Sequence record: ON287372.1
Length of the DNA: 64,000 nt
Strand: one strand, 5' to 3'
Shown here: positions 60,224 through 64,000 of the stretch, one piece after another
How positions within the stretch are numbered: the stretch's first letter is position 1
How the letters are laid out: each line of letters starts with the position of its first letter
Notes under the pieces: model-generated
Databases searched by the model: none
Told to the model about the DNA's origin: nothing
Seen by the model: only the letters and a program-made list of their open reading frames with translations
Translations under genes and position numbers: made by a program

Positions 60224-60747
60224 TTCTTTTTCCGCAGTCTGATTAAAGAAAGATCTTTAGTGGAGTAGGTTACTACCGTGCCGCCACAGTAAGGGTTCAT
60301 CTGTATAGCGTTACGAACCGATTCTTCCACCGTACAGCCATTCGTAAGAGACATCAGTGCAATTCTAGCCCCAGTGCCCATGGCAAATGGCGTGTCCGTT
60401 ATAATGCGTTCCAGGCCTTCTTTGGTGATGATGTACAAATGCCGTTTCGTCATGAAGCACAAATTACGACCGTCTTCTTCCCTTGTGTAGACCTTAAGAA
60501 TATCCCTAGGTAATTTAGCAACCATCTCACGGTTACTTTCCATGTCTTTAATAGCGGCACTGAAGTAAACATATTCTTGACTGGCATATTTGATACTGAC
60601 ATTATCGCCAATCATGCCCATGACCATGTAGTCATTATGACCGAATAGTTTCAGCATTCCGGCATTACGTTCAAAGTCAGTGTTCTGGGAAATGATACAA
60701 CGCGAGTCAGCGGAAATAACCCCATTATGATAAAGTAAGACAGACAT
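60220..60747 (-). CDS. HslV/proteasome-beta-like Ntn-hydrolase
   Basis: 175 aa: MSVLLYHNGVISADSR, K, AMGTGA, EESV..A...PYCGGTV. Confidence 0.72.
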   Translation of the reverse strand: MSVLLYHNGVISADSRCIISQNTDFERNAGMLKLFGHNDYMVMGMIGDNVSIKYASQEYVYFSAAIKDMESNREMVAKLPRDILKVYTREEDGRNLCFMTKRHLYIITKEGLERIITDTPFAMGTGARIALMSLTNGCTVEESVRNAIQMNPYCGGTVVTYSTKDLSLIRLRKKK

Positions 60748-60813
60748 TTATTTCCCCCCAAGCTAAAAGAAGACAAAAAATAAAGAGAGGGCACTTAGCC
60801 CTCTCTTGTGTTG

Positions 60814-61107
60814 TTAGAACGCATGTTGCGGAGCTTTACAACTACCGCTACCCATGCCGCCCTTACCCTCGTTAACAACCGCTTTCGATTTCTTAACGAT
60901 GCTCGAGAAAGTCCCTTCGGAATCGAAGTAAACCTTATCGCCATCCTTAGGCTTAGAGCCGAAGTCTACGAAAGAGACTTGTTTAGAGATCCCGGACTGG
61001 AAACGCAACTCGAAGTCACGTTTACCTGGAGCGCTTACGATCGCATAGCGACCAACGTCATCGCTCAGCAGGAATTGCAACAGCCCTTTCTCTACGGTAA
61101 ATTTCAT
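60814..61107 (-). CDS. hypothetical protein
   Basis: 97-aa ORF followed by a terminator-like hairpin. Confidence 0.6.
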   Translation of the reverse strand: MKFTVEKGLLQFLLSDDVGRYAIVSAPGKRDFELRFQSGISKQVSFVDFGSKPKDGDKVYFDSEGTFSSIVKKSKAVVNEGKGGMGSGSCKAPQHAF

Positions 61108-61122
61108 AACGCGCCGAGTTCC

Positions 61123-61572
61123 TTAGTTAGTGGTGCAGGATTTGTTGTCTTTGTCGTTGGCGATCTTTTTCAGACCGGCAGTCGAGAAAGAGATTGGTTT
61201 GTGGTTAGGGACGATGAAGGTCACGGTTTTACCCTTAACCTTGGCGGCCTGTTCCCAGAAGTACGTCCAGTTAGCTTCACCCACACGACTCAGAGTAGAG
61301 TTCAGCTGAACTTCTTTACCATCGATTTTGGCAATGATGGTGTAGTTGTCGGTTTCACTGTCGTAGCGAAGGTTGTCAGCGGTATCAATGAACAATGTAC
61401 GAACGCCGTCATTGGATTCATCTGGGCAAGAGAAGTTGACGGAAGAACCGTCAGTGTTGCGCTGGATGATCTCAGTAGTACCCTGAGCCCAGTTACTGGT
61501 CCAGTCACGGGCCATGGTAGCAGAAGAGAACATTGCAACGGACAGAGCGATTACTGCAGTAATTTTTTTCAT
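61123..61572 (-). CDS. secreted/periplasmic protein
   Basis: 149 aa with a classic Sec signal MKKITAVIALSVAMFSSATMA| and two Cys in the mature part. Confidence 0.72.
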   Translation of the reverse strand: MKKITAVIALSVAMFSSATMARDWTSNWAQGTTEIIQRNTDGSSVNFSCPDESNDGVRTLFIDTADNLRYDSETDNYTIIAKIDGKEVQLNSTLSRVGEANWTYFWEQAAKVKGKTVTFIVPNHKPISFSTAGLKKIANDKDNKSCTTN

Positions 61573-61654
61573 GGTATAAAATCCTGGTGTTGGTTTTGGT
61601 TTATAAGTAGAGAGACTGTTTGCCTCTCTACTAGGGGGTTTGTTTACAGACGGT

Positions 61655-62656
61655 TTATTTTTTGGCGATTTCGAGTTTACGATGGATCACCGCTTTGCCG
61701 ATGGAGCCTTCCCATTCGACCAGTACGCTATTGTGTACGCCGGCCACTGCCGCGACATCTGCCAGCCAAGCATGAAGCAGACCTTCATCGGCTTTAGCCG
61801 CCTTAGCGACCTTAACAGACCGGATGCTGACGCCGATAGAGACAGCGCTCAGTAAGGTAGCCAAAGCGCGAGCGCCAGATTGCACCGTACCAGTTTCGCC
61901 CAGGTCCAGGGAGATAGACTTAACCTCAGAACCCAGCGGCGCCAGAGTGTACTTGTCGTTCAGTTTCAGTTCAGCGATAATGGTAGACTTCACGCGTTTA
62001 TTACCGCGCGCCGGCAGTTCACGATCAAGATCTTTCAGCAGATCGATGTCTTCAACTTTCTTCGAAGACTTTTCGACTGGTTGTTTCAGCGCTTTAGGCT
62101 TGATTGCCTTAGCCGCATTAGTAACCTTAGTAGCCTTTCCGCTATTCGGAGCAGTATAACCGAGCTTCGCTAATGCTTCTGCGTTAGCTTTGAACCATTT
62201 ACGGCTAGCTGCTTTAGGCCACAGATTTGCAGCCCCGACTTTAATTGGTTCAGGGAACCCGACCATAGAAAGACCGGCATCGATTACAGTTTTGGACAGT
62301 TTACCTTTTGCCTTAGCCAGCGTATTCAGGCGAGTTCCGGAAATGCCGTATTCGCGGGTCAGCTCGGCAGTAGTGATTGTTTGAACCTGCTTCTTCTCAG
62401 CTACCTTAGCATGGTAGCCCAGCTTAACCAGCGCGTTGTTGTTCAACTTAGCCCAGTTGGACAGCGCACGATTCGACCAGTGGTGCTTACCAGATCTGCC
62501 CAATGGCTTAGGGAAACCGACCAGGCTCAAACCGGCTTCTTTTTCGGCTTTGTTCAACTGTCCGTTCGCCCAGCTACGGAACTTGCGGACAGGTACGTTG
62601 AGGTTGGATGCTGCGGCGTTGGTGTCGAAGAAATCTACTACTTTTGGAGTTGCCAT
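61655..62656 (-). CDS. basic protein with two tandem AlpA/excisionase-like HTH repeats
   Basis: 333 aa with an internal repeat AGLS(L/M)VGFP(K/E)P...W......W...N...L.KLGY and a Lys/Ala-rich linker. Confidence 0.65.
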   Translation of the reverse strand: MATPKVVDFFDTNAAASNLNVPVRKFRSWANGQLNKAEKEAGLSLVGFPKPLGRSGKHHWSNRALSNWAKLNNNALVKLGYHAKVAEKKQVQTITTAELTREYGISGTRLNTLAKAKGKLSKTVIDAGLSMVGFPEPIKVGAANLWPKAASRKWFKANAEALAKLGYTAPNSGKATKVTNAAKAIKPKALKQPVEKSSKKVEDIDLLKDLDRELPARGNKRVKSTIIAELKLNDKYTLAPLGSEVKSISLDLGETGTVQSGARALATLLSAVSIGVSIRSVKVAKAAKADEGLLHAWLADVAAVAGVHNSVLVEWEGSIGKAVIHRKLEIAKK

Positions 62657-62729
62657 GTTTCACTTTCCTTTACTAAGTTGAGTGGTTTGTTAATAAAAGC
62701 ATAATACTCGACGTTAGAGTATTTTTAGA

Positions 62730-63011
62730 TCAGGCTGCTGCCGGTGCCGGAGTAGCCATTGTCTTAATGACTTCTGCAGATACCTTAAACAGCACACCCA
62801 GTGCAATAACTGGAATTACTGAATCGATGCCAAAGATGATGCCCATGGCGATCAAAGCAGTTACGTTGATTACGTAGCCCACCGCTGCATCTTTGTACAC
62901 CTTAGAGGCGATCCAAGAAATCAGCATGACAATGGTAACTACGAAACCTGCAGATGCATTCATGACGAATACAGTCATGATGAACAGGAACATCATCAGC
63001 TTAGTGATCAT
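62730..63011 (-). CDS. small membrane protein
   Basis: 93 aa with 3-4 hydrophobic segments. Confidence 0.7.
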   Translation of the reverse strand: MITKLMMFLFIMTVFVMNASAGFVVTIVMLISWIASKVYKDAAVGYVINVTALIAMGIIFGIDSVIPVIALGVLFKVSAEVIKTMATPAPAAA

Positions 63012-63022
63012 GATAGAACTCC

Positions 63023-63238
63023 TTATACCGGTATTGAAGTACCGAATACCTTGTTGATTAATTTTGCAATCATGGTCAGTGGAACGACAATGAGAGCCGA
63101 GATACTTACTGCAATTGCCAGAAAGGTCAATTCAGCATATTTCTGAACCTTAAGGTCGAAGTCTGACCCCGGTACGACAAAGGTCTGATAGACAGCAACT
63201 ACTAGAACAACTAACATTACTACGATTAATTCAATCAT
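63023..63238 (-). CDS. small membrane protein
   Basis: 71 aa with two TM segments. Confidence 0.7.
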   Translation of the reverse strand: MIELIVVMLVVLVVAVYQTFVVPGSDFDLKVQKYAELTFLAIAVSISALIVVPLTMIAKLINKVFGTSIPV

Positions 63239-63241
63239 TTG

Positions 63242-63403
63242 TTAGTACCTTGAGAATATACCAGGGAACATCAGAGCGTACAACGCACCGAGCATACGAG
63301 AGATCAAGAGATCGAGTACGATGAAGTTTACTAAGGAGAAGCCTTTTTTGTCGAAGACAGCCAGCGCCAGTAGGAACAGGATGACGAGTACTAAGAATTC
63401 CAT
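63242..63403 (-). CDS. 53-aa membrane microprotein
   Basis: Not in the track. MEFLVLVILFLLALAVFDKKGFSLVNFIVLDLLISRMLGALYALMFPGIFSRY*. Confidence 0.6.
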   Translation of the reverse strand: MEFLVLVILFLLALAVFDKKGFSLVNFIVLDLLISRMLGALYALMFPGIFSRY

Positions 63404-63468
63404 TTTGCATTACCTTCTATTAATAAGTTGATTGAGGAGGGTTCATAACGCCCTCCTCTCGGATTGTG

Positions 63469-63942
63469 TTACGCTAATACAGGCTCAGCATCGTCGCCAG
63501 TCATCACCTCCTGGGATGACTCAGCTTTTGCTGCTTTCTTTTTGGCTTTTGGGTTGAGAGTATTGTTCACCACTTCGGCGCCAAAGAGTACGATGGCGGC
63601 AGCGATAGATGAATTGAAGTTTTCGTTAGCACGAGTGATACGGGCTACGAAGAAGTTACTGATCACGTCAATTGCTTTGATGAAGCAGAAGATTGCGCAG
63701 ATCAGCAGGAAGATTTCAGGGAAGGTCAGCAGCAACCAGGTAAAGGTAAAACCGAATACGAAAGAAACGGCTGCGTTAGCGAGATGGCTAACGATCACGG
63801 AATTACGGCGCTGAGATTTAACTGCTTTGATAGCTTTCTCCGCGTCGGCTTCAGCAACGATTTCAACGTTCAGTACTGCAACGTCTTCAGCTTTGATACG
63901 GCGAGTCAGAGAACGGATGAAAGATTTAGCTTTAGTGAACAT
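63469..63942 (-). CDS. membrane protein
   Basis: 157 aa with central hydrophobic helices; RBS GAGGA. Confidence 0.7.
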   Translation of the reverse strand: MFTKAKSFIRSLTRRIKAEDVAVLNVEIVAEADAEKAIKAVKSQRRNSVIVSHLANAAVSFVFGFTFTWLLLTFPEIFLLICAIFCFIKAIDVISNFFVARITRANENFNSSIAAAIVLFGAEVVNNTLNPKAKKKAAKAESSQEVMTGDDAEPVLA

Positions 63943-64000
63943 AATGTATTCCTCAATGGATTGGGTTTATGGGTGGAGTGTGTTTGGAGCGATCTCTTTT

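Overview
This 64-kb window is part of a nucleus-forming, phiKZ-like jumbo phage genome (Chimalliviridae type). It is not bacterial chromosome. Most genes are on the minus strand. (1) The replication/transcription core (1-26 kb) holds non-virion RNA polymerase subunits, a gp68-like and a PicA-like gene (both placed by gene order), an SSB-like protein, an Mre11/SbcD-type nuclease, chimallin, a family-B DNA polymerase subunit and the tubulin PhuZ. The beta'-like N-terminal RNAP gene is split inside its catalytic DFDG^D motif by a 1410-nt group I intron carrying an HNH endonuclease. (2) Ten small acidic genes with a shared architecture lie in tandem between phuZ and the polymerase. (3) An accessory region (27-39.7 kb) includes a CYTH-like protein, a signal-peptide lytic transglycosylase and a LEM-3-like GIY-YIG nuclease. 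(4) A late block holds the terminase, three putative tail/baseplate genes, the tail sheath and tube, and a modular muramidase. (5) A further accessory region (51-64 kb) has a free-standing HNH gene with an amber at codon 2, a 5'-nucleotidase, a DHH phosphoesterase, an NAD-dependent ligase, Ntn-hydrolase-like paralogues and small membrane proteins. Eight copies of an extended TATATTAC early-promoter motif were found by eye. No tRNA, rRNA or CRISPR array was seen. All homology calls come from motif recognition and remembered phiKZ gene order; no database search was run.
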